Shown here in pieces: positions 37,061 through 50,100 of a DNA stretch of 64,000 nucleotides. Source of the stretch: Lingula anatina (lineage: Eukaryota > Animalia > Brachiopoda); contig CM120641.1 of NCBI GenBank assembly GCA_051362555.1, positions 18,662,001 to 18,726,000 of the forward strand, written 5' to 3'. Position 1 is the first letter of the stretch, and each line of letters opens with the position of its first letter. The notes under the pieces are model-generated. The model saw only the letters and a program-made list of their open reading frames with translations, was not told the origin of the DNA and did not search any database. Both the position numbers and the translations under genes were made by a program.

Positions 37061-40000
37061 ATGGAGACGTACTCATTTTCTTCTTACTTTTCAATGCGAG
37101 ACGGTTGTCTACATTGTGAGGAAACGAGTGTCACTGATGTGCACCGCCTTTTGCAAGATGACTTCCCGGGTCGCGACAGTCCTTTCTTCGTGTACAGCCA
37201 AAATCAGATAGTAGAAAATATCCTTGCTTACAAACAGGCACTACTCAGTCTGAGCAACCCCTGCATACTGGGCTATGCTGTGAAAGCCAACTCGAATTTA
37301 TCAATACTGAAACTCATCCGACAGCACTGCGACACTGCCGTCGTTGTCAGTGGGAATGAACTGAAGGTTGCATTGGCCGCGGGATTTCTCCCGGAAAATA
37401 TTGTCTACAATGGCTGTGGAAAAACGCTTCGTGAAATCGATCACGCGGTCAGTGTGGGCTGTTTGCTGAATATAGACAGCTTGTTTGACGTTGCCCACAT
37501 TGGAAAGATTGCGACGGGTAGGGGTGTCACTGTTCGAGTTCTCATTAGGATTAACCCGGACATCGAAGTGGTAGGTACACGTACACCGTACCCTCTATAC
37601 CAGGTCCGCAGATGAAGTATATGCCCTTATCTCCAGCGCAAAATAATCATGGCATGAGATATCTGTGAATATCTAGTGAAAACCCAATCTGTGACCCTGG
37701 TAGAGGGTATACCGTCTACAAATTGCATTTGGTTAGGACCCCACTGTCGCACCCTAGCATTTGGAAACCCGATAGATCAAATGTACTTTCATTTTGATCG
37801 TTCCCTGATGAAAGAGCTTCTATAATGATTCGTTATCATTTGAATGTCTCCCAAGATTAGGCTCTGGATCCAAACCATATGTTGAACCAGACTTGAAACG
37901 TTCATTACAATGAAGTCCTTGACTGGACATAAATACCATCGGACTACGTAGATCGACGTAATTCTTCGGGGATTCTTGCTGACTGCAAAGGCACCCCCTT
38001 CTGGTGTTAAGCAGAATACAGAAAACTGATGATTATACGAGTACGTTGGAAACAAGAGGAAGCGTGCCATTCTGTTAAGCTGATTGCATTTTGCGAGAAT
38101 CCCTATAGAGTTGGTTCGTTCCACGTAGACCGATGATGTCTATGGGAATGGGATCTAAGCCCAAGACATTTTTATACGCCATTTCCACTTTTTTCAGTCC
38201 CTCTCAAAAAGTGTCTAAACTAAGACCCATAAAACTTGACTATTGTTTTAAGAAGAGTACCGGTCTCTAAGAATTTGTATGCATTTCCGATTCGAACAAA
38301 AACATCCTTTTTGATGGGGGTCATTTATAAATAGAACAAATTATCAAAGAAACATTTGACAATTTGTCCGCGATATCTTTGATTCTTTTTACTTCTGACA
38401 TACTTTCTGTACTGATCGTAGACTGCCCATCCATACATTTCTACCGCCTTGGCACAATGTAAATTCGGAATAGGGATAAAAGAGGTTGACGAGGTTCTCA
38501 GATCTTTGCAAGATCAACCAAAATTGCGTCTTGTGGGCTTCCACTGCCACCTCGGCTCAACCATAGAGAGAACAGACGTGTATAGGTAAGTTCAAGGGAA
38601 CTGAACCGAATTACCTTGAGTGGTAGGTGAGTCTTGACATTTAGTATTTTTTTCGGATGTAAAGACAAGGCGTACACTAAAAATAAATATGAACACGGTG
38701 TTACTACATATTCGACTTTCTCTGTTCTAAATCTGCCCATAAACTATGGCACAGGTGAGATATTGAATGCCTCGATTTTAGTTTAAAGTAAGTATCGGAA
38801 GACTCACTAAATAAGTTAATTTTGACTGACGTAACTGATTCTTTTATCACCTAGAAAGGCCGTATCTTCAGTGCTACAGGTGGTGGAGTCTGTGCGTTCC
38901 AAAGGATGGACGGATATCCAATACATAAATATAGGCGGAGGGCTTGGGATCGACTACAAAAGACATGTAAGCATTATATATGTATCTAAATAAAACTGCA
39001 CAAAAATCAATTATGATGAAAAAAAATGCCATATTCAGAATTACGTTAAATTGTGGAAGTTGTATTTTACAACAGTCACAGGTCATAGACCCAATTTTCA
39101 TCTGTCTGAAAATATTTCACAGGCAAAGAGAACCAGCCCCTTCATCAAACCAGCATTCTTGGACATAGTTTTCCGGTCTTTGCAGGATGGCAAGGCTGAG
39201 ACAGATATCATAGCAGAAAATATACTTGAGGCATTTGAAAACCAACACAAGTTAGAATATATCTATAGAGTATAAGTATCAAGCAATACAACTCGTCTGT
39301 CAGCGTAAATTGTTTACATGTTTTATCCTAGTTGTGTAATTTAAAGCAATCATTTCTTATTTGATAATTGTCTCGTTTCCTTTCTATTCATTATTTATTC
39401 TATTTATTATTACAAGCTTTATTTTGCGTTGATTTTCAGATATAAGGTGTTCATCAAATTATCATAGATATTTTAAATAATTTGAAATGTTTCTGCTAGA
39501 ATGACACCAGAAGAAGTCAGTGAAATTATACGAAGCAACTTACAGCAGTATCCACACCTTATCGAGGAATTTGAAAAACAACTGGAACCAGAAGTAATTT
39601 TGCCTGAAAGTTTCAATTTTTTCCTAATTTACTCACGTACATCACTTAAGTAATAGAAGCAGATAATCAAGATGGAACATGAATAAATAGGACCTAAATT
39701 GGGTAGTTTATGATATACAGGTATGAAGACTAGTTTGATATTTGATCTAAAGTGTGTTTCAGCTTTCCCACCAGTGTCCTACTCCCAGCGACCTCGTTGC
39801 ATCAGTCAAAGATTTAGTTGAAGGGAAAAATATTTCCTTAATTTTGGAGCCAGGGCGTTCAGTAGTAGGAAACGCTGGCGTGCTCGTTATGCATGTAATA
39901 GGGTGTAAGAAAAACGGACACAAAAGGTAAACCACGACATCAACAAGAAACATCTCATGAGTTCTTTAAAAATTGCCAAAGTTAAAAAGACAGAACCAGT

Positions 40001-41076
40001 GATGCCATTTATACAGCATAAAGATATCTACATGTTGAACGCCAGAATTGAATCAAACCATGAATGTGCGCGCTAACGAAATTACTTATGCTTCAGTTTT
40101 TAATATTCCAATCCTTTTCACCAATTTCTTCAACGTTTGTAGATTTTTAATAACAGATGGGTCCATGACCGAGGTTATCCGGCCAAGTCTTTACTCCGCA
40201 TACCACCACATAGAGCTGGCGGAATCCAGTACTTTGGCTTGCGGGAAGGCTGTATACGACATAGTTGGACCAGTATGTGAGTCGGGAGATTTCCTCGGAA
40301 AGGTACAAGTTAATATGTTTAATTACAGTATTTGTGGAGAAACTTTGCTATGAACGTTTTAAAACTGTGACCTTCCATTATATGCATCACTGGCGGAACC
40401 AAGATATGAAGAATGAGGGGGTTTGTGTATTAGTCTCTCTCTCTCTCTCTCTCATAGCAAGAAACCTTATTCCAGCAAAGAATTTTTCAGCTGAAGGTGA
40501 TTTGTAAAACATTGATATTGAAATATTTTAGAAACAAATCTTTGTCACTCTAAGTTAACTTGTCCTTGGTGTAATAGAATGTTCAGAGTAAAATGTACAT
40601 TAATTGCTCACTCCCTCACTCATCTGTATCCGTATTTTTATTTATTATTATTATTATTTTTTTCAAATCGAAAGGACCGTCTCCTATCCGTCCCACACGA
40701 GGGTTGTTCAGTCACAATGTTTGATGTTGGTGCTTACGGCAGCGTGATGTCATCCAATTATAACTCCAGGGTAAGGAGGAAAATGTGCTAGTTTGTACAT
40801 GTAACTAGTTAAACATTTTGATTAATTGTTGCACCCGGTGCATACGTAGAGATTGCGTCTGTTGAGAATAACCACTGTCACCAAATGCATTTGATTTACG
40901 ACTTCCAGTTGCGGCCAGTTGAAATTATCGTCAGTGGTAAAAAGTGGGCCGTGATACGAAAACCAGAAACATTTGGGGAGCTTATTAATCCCCAGTTGCT
41001 GACTATAGCTTCAGAAGACAAAAAAGAAGAAAAAGTAAAAGAAAAACAATCAATTGAGGGTAAACATGCTAGTTAA
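37061..41076 (+). CDS. lysA: Diaminopimelate decarboxylase (fold-type III PLP enzyme), 9 exons, about 531 aa
   Basis: Exons 37061-37570, 38422-38585, 38855-38966, 39123-39250, 39500-39593, 39763-39926, 40143-40302, 40675-40770, 40909-41076 give one continuous frame. Motifs: YAVKAN (PLP lysine), RINPD..HPYIST..KFG, HCHLGS, NIGGGLGIDY, LEPGRS, DGSM.E.IRPSLY, VGPVCESGD, GAYG..MSSNYN. AATAAA at 41160-41165. Confidence 0.92.
37655..37710 (-). repeat. Short dispersed repeat, also at ~1149-1200 and ~23665-23712
   Basis: A consensus like ACCCTCTRCCAGGGTCACAGATTGRTTTTTCACYAGATATTCACAGATAT is present three times, in both orientations. Confidence 0.55.
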
Positions 41077-43199
41077 GTAATTTTCAATACAGGTCAGTAT
41101 ACAGTATATCACTATTGTACTTTATCATTGTTAGCGCATAGCCTTCTTGTGCTAGAGCCAATAAAGTTATTTTAAATAAAAATAAGAAAAAAATATCAAT
41201 ATTATAAACTCGACTGATTGAGATTGTGAAAGAAAAGTTATATAATTCTTTATTTTAAATGTATTTATTTTACTTTTTTGTAGCGAGGCTGGTTGCCTTT
41301 TGGTGAGACTCACTTGTAGTTGTTGAAATAAGGGATTGAGATTGCTCTATCTTGAAGGCTTATATGGTCTTTGCAGTATCCGACCGAATATCATTACTGT
41401 TGACTATCTACATGACTATCTACATGAATAATGAATTGCATGGAACTAGTTTATTCTATTTTAAATGGCTCAAAATATTGAATCCAAATGCAGGGACGCG
41501 TCGGACAATGATTCGCGAGCAAGAGAAAATTGCTTTTCTCTTGAGAAAAATTAGATTTGGCGCGAAAACCCCGCATAGAATACATTTAATTGCAGAAGAA
41601 GGTAAACTTGAAGCATGGCGTGCATACGTTAAGGGTGTAATCTTGAGAAGGCTTAAAATGTGAATGAATCATTATAGTGTGTGTAAATTCTTATTCTGTG
41701 AATTCTCTGCAAATACAAAAAAATAACGTTTTTTTAGCCTATCTTCCTCTTTTGAACTTTTTCTCATTGTTTTATTTTCTGATATGGTTCTATTTAAAAA
41801 CTTGTACGTAAAAGTTAGCTGGTCACGGTGATACTCCGTGAAAACTTTTCTTCGTGACCGAGTAATCACTTAAAAATTTGTAGCTATTTATAGTATTAAC
41901 GCGTTTTTCTCTGCGCGCACTGATGAATGGGCGCGTGTAAAACGCACCATACATGATTGGTCGATTCCTTGTGGCCCATCGACCAATCAAATGGGAAATT
42001 TATGTCACCTATCGACATATAGTACACTAGTAAGTCTGTTTGTGTGTGACTTCTTTTAAAGCAGGAAAACCTATGATGTGTTTCCAGAGGTATAATGAAC
42101 TCGGAAAATCATAGCTTTGATCACAGAATTTCCTAAGGGGAAGATATTAGTTTACGTATTTCTTTTAAGCTCAAGAATTGGCCTGCTCCTTTGAACATGT
42201 AAAACCTCGAGCTCGGGGGATCAGTAGATTTAAAGTATTTGAAGAAGGCAAGACTACTTAACAAAATCAGAAAAGGGGAGGAGAAGAGTACGTAGCTCTA
42301 AAAGAAACGGTTGGTGTGTCGGCAGACTTCAAAAGAGGTTGCAAGTGAAATCCGGAGCATCATCGTTCGACCTCTTCTCTTACCTTCCAGCATCACATAC
42401 TTGTATTGACGTTGGTCAAAACTGGAATCCGTGATAAAAATTGGCATGCGCCCGAGATGGTAGCTGGCCATCAAGCTTATTTAATGCGGTGCATTGATTT
42501 GCCACTCCAAACCCCTATGCTTAGTTCGGCGGTACTTCTTTCTACGGAATAGCCTCACACACTGTATGGCAACTTGGCTCGCGCTCGAGCACGCGGGTTT
42601 GCACTTATGCCGGTGCGCTAGTAGGGGCAGCTGCGGCACTCGGTGAAAGATAGGGCGCTGTTTTCTCCGCTCTTTTCCAGTTGGCATTTTTCTAAGTATG
42701 CGGTCAGCAAGGATCGGGGCTCTCACAGTGCAAAGTACTTGAACTCTTGGAAAGAGAACTTACTGAGGTTTGAAATTCACCACCAGCTTGGCAATTAAAC
42801 TTGACGGCGACCGTGTATGAATTTAGTGGTACTCCGGAGAGTTTATAATACAAGAAGGTAAAATACGTCTTGGGTTTTCTCCGGTGCAGAGGGATTACAT
42901 ATAACATTAATATAAACCTATTTGCCATTAAAACTCTCCCTCAGACGGTGTAAGGAGTTCGGAGGCGCCGGACACAGGGGGTAATCCTACTTGCCTAAGT
43001 ACCTCTCAACTTACTGAGGAATTTCCCAGTGAAATGTGACAGAACACGGTGCATCAAAACGAGCGACCGCCAGCTCGTATTAATCCTGTCTATACCTTAT
43101 CGACAGAAGCGTGTAGGCCAGTTTTACTTCATTTACATCTCATATTTCGGGGCCAAAACGACTTTTTTGATGAGATGCAAGCACAGGAACGATGTTATC

Positions 43200-46100
43200 A
43201 TGGTATTGAGTAAGACCGGGCTCTTGGCGGTTGTGGTGGTGTTTATCATCAAGCTGTCCGGGCACTTGGACGGTTCTCCAGCACCCACACCAATGGACCA
43301 GGGGCAGGTAGGGGGACTTGGCACTCAACACTCTCTCTCTCTCTCTCACTAAAATATCCTTCCTCTCTCCCTCTCTCTAAAGGTCCCTCTTTCTCTCTTT
43401 CTCTCTCTCCCTCTCTCTCTCTCTCTCAGCGATCTCTGGTGTTTGCACCGGTTAGCACAGCGTACCTGGAATTTCGTATCAGTATATCGTATGTCAAGAA
43501 GGAACGGTAATGGCATGTTACGTTGAATGAGAAAGGGTGTAACACAGCATTTCATAGCTAATCTTACATGCGAGGCATCATTCACCACCTTTCTTTGATG
43601 AAGAGGGCATCTTGAAAGGGCAGAGTCAAGTGATTTCCTCTTTGCGTTCGCACCTTATTTCTGTGTGGTGGAACAGATCATTTTTCTCATAATTGATCTT
43701 TTCCTCACTCATCACGGAAGTGGTGGAAGGGGTTAAAAGATTGGCAACACAAACGTTAGTGCGTGTGTTCGCTGAAAAACTGCACGTCCTAATACCCTTT
43801 TGAACAAGAGCTCAATGTATGTTGTTTATACCCTAAAACTCCTGGTATCTTAATGTTCTCACGTGCACAGCAGCAGTAATTCTAGGGCATTTGTCGATAA
43901 AATGAATCAATTTGATAGGAAATTTCAATTGGTCCTCGAAATTACACTGTTAGCCCAGCTGGTTTAGAGACAGTGAGTGCGATGTAATGAAAAGCTGGCA
44001 AACCGCAAAGTTAACGGTTGAGAACGCCGTGTGTAGGGGTCTACGCCACAGGTGTTCACTGCATGTTGACGCTGTAATGCGAGCTCTGTTGTTCGACGGT
44101 TGGGACAGAAGGCATCATCTCACCTCTGCTTTCACTGCTTTCTACCGGAGGTGGTAGGGCTGGGTGCTCAGGCTTTGTGGACCGAGCATTCCACAGTCTG
44201 TTTTCCGTTGAGTTCACTGTTTTAATTGTCATTGTTATGATGTTATAGAAACAGATAAAGTATGCTAGCTATGTTGCCCCGAACAAAGTGCCTCTCAACA
44301 ACAGCCGAGTGTCCCGTGTTTGCGTTGCGGTGCCGAGCGATGTGGAGAAAGCATAATGGAGAAGAAAAAGCTATATTATAAGTATGCCATCATGGTCTAA
44401 TTGACCTTTTCTCGCTAAATTTACTACATATAAGTTATTGAAAATCGGAAGGAAACGTACTGCCGCGAATCCTTTAGTCTTCCTGGGTAAACAAGCAGAG
44501 AAAGGGTGCATTATGCTTTAGTTTTTCTACTTTTAAATCTCTCTTATAACACCCAACTTTACGTGTTGTCCGAAATTTATGGGGTGATATAAATATGAGT
44601 ACAAACAAAGTTGAAGGCGGGCGCATAAAACCGTTATTTTGCGTCCGTTTATGTATCAATTGCATAGCACAATATTGTTTATCAAGCAGTCGAACCGAAA
44701 AAGCGAATCATAACAATGGGAAAAATATCCATTTCAAGGACTTGTATCGTGTGAAAGTAAAGGATTGATAAAGCTTAGAAAGTGAATGGTTTGTTTGGTG
44801 CAACGTATACTATCATAACGCTTTCACTGGTTTCGTCTAATGAAGCGACTTTGCATTCAAGTCGTGAGAACAAGCTGTGATGTTGTTTCTTTCAACAAAA
44901 CTTATATTGGTTTGAAGAGAGATGAAAGAGCGCCCGCGTAGATTGGCAATGATCTGAGAGCGCCATTGAAATCCATCCTGCTCTTACCATACGAAGTGTT
45001 GTGAGAAAAGGTTGATTCGCTATAATTTGTTCGAAAATCTAATTATCTAGCCAGTGTCAATCAAGCTTGACTTTGACACAGCGACGAACACAGCTTCGAC
45101 CAATAAGTCAATTACTGTGTTTCTGTTTCTGTTTATTTAAATTAGGGGAAACTACACGATGAAATTAATTTGCGAACATTTGCTGTTTGATTTGTAATTA
45201 AGGTTTTCACCGAGGAAACACAGCTACGTATTCCAATGAGGCGCAACTACAATGAAGAGCAGTAAAGCGTGGCTAGAAGTGACAAAGATTATGCCATTAT
45301 TATTGGTAATACTTGTTCACACTTGTATATATTGGGGAATTAAATTAACTTCTCACCGTGAATCTCGTTGGAAAAGATTGGGGCAGCGCTTTTGCCTGCA
45401 GGAATGGGAAAATATTTTTTCTCTTGTGAAACAGTTACCAACGTCCATAATATGTGATTTGGGTTTTATGTGAAAGGTTAAGGGTTATTTTGTTTTTTGA
45501 TAAAGTAAGTTGTAAAGTACGGAAGTGATGTAAAAAAACCGCAACACACCTTAAACGGTGACGGATCAACAGGTGTAGACAACAGAAATACCTTGAAAAA
45601 ATAAGAAAAAGTCAGAAAAGACGAATTTAACTATAAATAAATGGTGTTCAGATAAGCCAAAAGTATATCAGAGATCAGGGGGGCTATTCATTGGAACTAG
45701 GGTCCAGTATACCATTATACTGGGTCCTAGGTTGGAAGCACCCTCAAGAGCCAGCAAATGAACCGTAAGAGGCAAAATGGATTTACTGTAAAGCTTTGAT
45801 TTGGTTTCTCACAACACGCTGCCTGCTGGTCATGCAGCTACTCAAGTCTTTTTCCATTTCTAACAATGGCTTGAACTTGTGACTTATAACGTCTAATTTC
45901 CAACTGGAATAGATCAATATTGAATTAAGATTCCACGAGTCGGAAGTAACACAAGTTTTCACCGAGCCCTGGAAAAAGCACTTTTAATAGGTTCCAAGTT
46001 TTTTATTGTTATTTTTTCTTTCGGTTTCAAAGGCAACTTCTTATATCGTGCTCAGTTAACATGGCACTTTCCCGTTTCTGCTGACTTGGATATCTAAAAA

Positions 46101-47081
46101 TGTCTTTTATCAGATTTAAAAATCGAGTTAGAATCAATTTAAAGTGCACTGACGTCGACTCTGATCTTTGCTAAATTGCAACTGCAAAATAACCCTAAGC
46201 CAGAAGAGGTCGTGCGCGTAGTTATTTGGGTACATGCACGCGAGGTCTTTTACAGCACGCGAGTCCCCACTTAGGGTAGGTAAATCAGGGATGTTTTCTT
46301 GTTTACATCGAGATTACTTTAGCAAGACAATTCAAACTGGTATGATTATGATTTGTATATGTTCTTGTCTGCAGGAAAATAGATTGGTTTGTGTATATTT
46401 GTATATGAAAAGTAAACTACTGCACGATATAAAGTGGGGTTCATTGCCTTTACAAAATTTTATGTCTTATAACAAGTCTTTTGCGGTAGATTTGGGTGAG
46501 CCATTGCCAGACAACTGTGATTGCTTAAGGAAAAACGAAGCACCTTTGACGAAACGACTTCATTTTATGCTTCGGTAAAAATTAGGATAAAAATAATAAA
46601 TAAGACACAGAGGCGGAGAACACCACCTCCGAAATAACTGCCTGTTCGCCACTTTTATGAAACACTGCGGGTTTTTCTGGGTTTCCAAAGCCGTCCTTTG
46701 TTATCAATAGTAATTCGCAGTAAACGCGTATTTGTTGATGAAAAGTCGATTGGGGCAGCCCCACTGTTCTGACGAGCAACCAGAAACCCCGAGCTTTGAA
46801 GTCCCAGCAAGACCTGCTCTGAAGTTGTAACCCGGCCAATACCCCGGGGCAGTAGACCAACTGTGACCCGAGTTTCAGTTCAGGACAAATGGAAACAAAC
46901 CTGAAGGAAATGCTGTAAAATGAGCACGTTTGTTGGATAGGTTGCAGTTCACTTGGCATGGCATTGTCGCGTTACTATCGGGGCAAAAACAATGTGTTTC
47001 TTATGTTACTAACTCATGTAGCTCACTGGCCGTACCTTTACCATTCCCGCTCATTTCAGGAGTCTTGCTTTGCCACCTTCA

Positions 47082-47136
<55 letters not shown>

Positions 47137-50100
47137 TGATAAACAAGAGGTAACTTGCACGGAATGAAGTACAAAAACAGTCGTTAGACCTGATTTAGAT
47201 AAAAAGTGGTTAAGATAGCAATAAGGAACAGTTTTTAAAAGGGGGACATAGGCGTTGCCCATGCCTTTCACTTAGTATTGTCAAACGCTCTTTCTTGAGG
47301 TATTGACACGTGATAAGAATTACCAAAATCTGAACGCTATCGTTCCCAAGTTCTTGAAATGCAATGCGAACAGCCACATTCACTTTCAATGGTTTTACCA
47401 CTTTGAGTTAGATTGACTCTAGGTTCAACTGAAAATATACGTAACTAGGGATAATTTAAAAGCATATAAACGTATTCATTTCAAGTGGAAGCTTCATATA
47501 ATGTAGTTACGTTTGAAGATACCATTTCCTGTGGAAGACGTGTACGTGCACGTTGAGATGAATGAAATACAAGACGTACACAAATGTGTATAAGAAAAAG
47601 AAAAAAAAAAAAAAGAACTCACATTTTCGGTTGATAATAACCAGATTTTTGAGGAGAGGATTACTGGTTCGTTGCTACCATATTCCAATATCAATACCAG
47701 ATTAAGACTAAAAAAATCGAAAACAATTAAATAAGCTGAATAAAATTTTCTAACCCTGCGAAAGCATTTGACAGCATATTTTCTGTCGTAGTCACAATGG
47801 AATCCGAATTATGAAATTACCTGCGAGATTTCTTTTATTTCTGTAAACATTTCCAGTTAAATGCAAATATCGTGAGGCTGATGATAAATGCTTGTCAGTC
47901 CTATTTAGGACATCAGCACACCACTGCCATTACACAACTACTTTAGATAAATCAAGTCCTCGCCAGGTGCCATCCATCTGTCAAACCCATGCGACAGTGA
48001 CATTGGCGGGTTAAATCCACCCCAATTACTCTGTCACCTGTTGAATATGAATGCCGGTATTCGTCTATCGGTGTTCACGCGCGACTCAGTGCTTCCCCAA
48101 GCACCGTGCCGTTTACTCTAAGAAATAACAGTGCCATAATGTAGTTAAGTACAGGTAAGCACTGTCATTATCACAGACGCCAGACTAGCGACTATCACTC
48201 ACAGAACGAGTCATTGCACTCACGTCTCAGTTCGGATCGTTGACGAATCCACAGTATCGTGAAATCGGACAACACTGAAACTTTTCTAATATTTTACAAT
48301 TACATTATTTGCACCTGTTGGTTGTTGTCGTCCTCGCTGCTGATATAACTGTTATCAAAAAGCACCCAAGTACCTGGGTTAAATGCACAGTCCGATTTTG
48401 CCGAAATGATAACCCCACACGAACGCTACCCTGGAAGCAGGGAAATTCAAATTGTCGATTTCAAAGCTCACCGCCCCTTAAGTGACATGAGATTATTGTG
48501 CTAATTTGCTAGTTTAGTGGAACCTAATCTCAGAAATCCAATAATGTTCCGTCCACTGGGTTTACAATTCAGCTTAAATCAAGTGTCCACTAGGCCTACT
48601 GCTTCTTACTAACTTTAGCCATGGCTTGAGGACTGACCGGACAGACCATGGGTGTGAAGGCGTTGCAGTAGCAGCTTCGTATCAACCAATGTGGTTACAT
48701 GGACTTGAGTGATTTTGTACGGTGCATTTTTTTCTGCGGTTACTGGTTCTTTTCCTCTCTACAACTCCTAGCACTAGTTTCTACTAAAACACCTTCGACC
48801 TGAAGTGACAAGGGTTATAATATGCTACAGTCTCCCCTGCGCTGCTCTCAGGCCGTCCTATGGGGATTGCTTGTAATGGTAAGTGTCGTGTAACGGTCAA
48901 CCGAGTCAACGACTGTGACAACTAGCTTATGTCTCATTTTCGTTTCTGTCACCTTTGCCTATGTCACTGTCAAGGATTCTGACTATTGGCAACCACCTCG
49001 TGTCACAGTTTGGTAACTGTCACCTAAGCAAATGTCAATGTCAAATACTATGATTATTGGAAACTAGCTCCTGTCAGTTACAGTCCTGACAGTCACTGCC
49101 ACACATACAGACAACTGGATACTGTCACTGTCATCTCTGAAATTTTGCTTAGCGACTTAAATTATCGTCACCATACAGAAACATCGCACTCGTTGGGACT
49201 TCTATGATTAACTCGATCTGAAAAGTATTAACACAACCCACTGCGATAGAAAAATGCAACGATCAGTGCGTCAATGGGTAGTGTTAACGGATATAAAACC
49301 AAAAGCTTTGTACATCTTCCATGAGCCCAGTACAATGTTGAAGCCTACACATTCTCGTTAAAACGGGGATGCTTGGCTCACTAGGAAGTGAAGATTTTAA
49401 ACAATTTTATAAGCACTCCGATAAAAGTCCACTCCTCTAAGCGCATGAGTTTATGAATGACCAAAACAAACAACAAAAAGCATTCACAAGGTCCCAAAGT
49501 TTAGTTCCTGGCATACAGCATTGCGCTGAAGCGAGAAACGAAATGGGGTGACAAAGTTATGCTGCTAATCTACAATAATCCCGTATCCCAGATTCGATGT
49601 TCTGGAGGAGGTTAGTTTTAATTCCAGGACGTTTCAATTTTTTTGTGCAAAAGCTTGCGAGTCGTAGGCGAATTTGTGATCACGTCAATTAGTTTTTACA
49701 CAATCAAATTTTTATAAAATTAATTTTATATGGGAGGTTAATTAGGTTATAATCGATAAATAAAGAACTAATTGGTTCTAAAATAATACTTAATTTCAAA
49801 GTAAACGTGACAAGTTAATGAAATGATTACCTGCCATATTATAAATTTAATGATCATTAACACTCAATAATAAAGAGGGAAACAACACAGTAGGCTTTTA
49901 TTGGCTTTTGTACGTGATGTCTTGGTTATTGAATTCAGCGGCAATGATTTTCAATTTTAATTACCCCCGAAATTGAAATGTATTGATAGGAATATGTTTT
50001 ATTGCAATACCCGTCACTTTAATGCCATTAACCTTTGTGACAGCGAAAGTGAAAATCAATGGGCACGATAATATTTGCTGTTTAAGTTAAGGCGTGTGAT

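Noticed and set aside
37061-41076. Bacterial contamination or ornithine decarboxylase as an explanation for lysA
   Set aside because: Eight spliceosomal introns and flanking animal genes argue against contamination. The CESGD, RPSLY and MSSNYN motifs fit DAP decarboxylase, not ODC (CDGLD).
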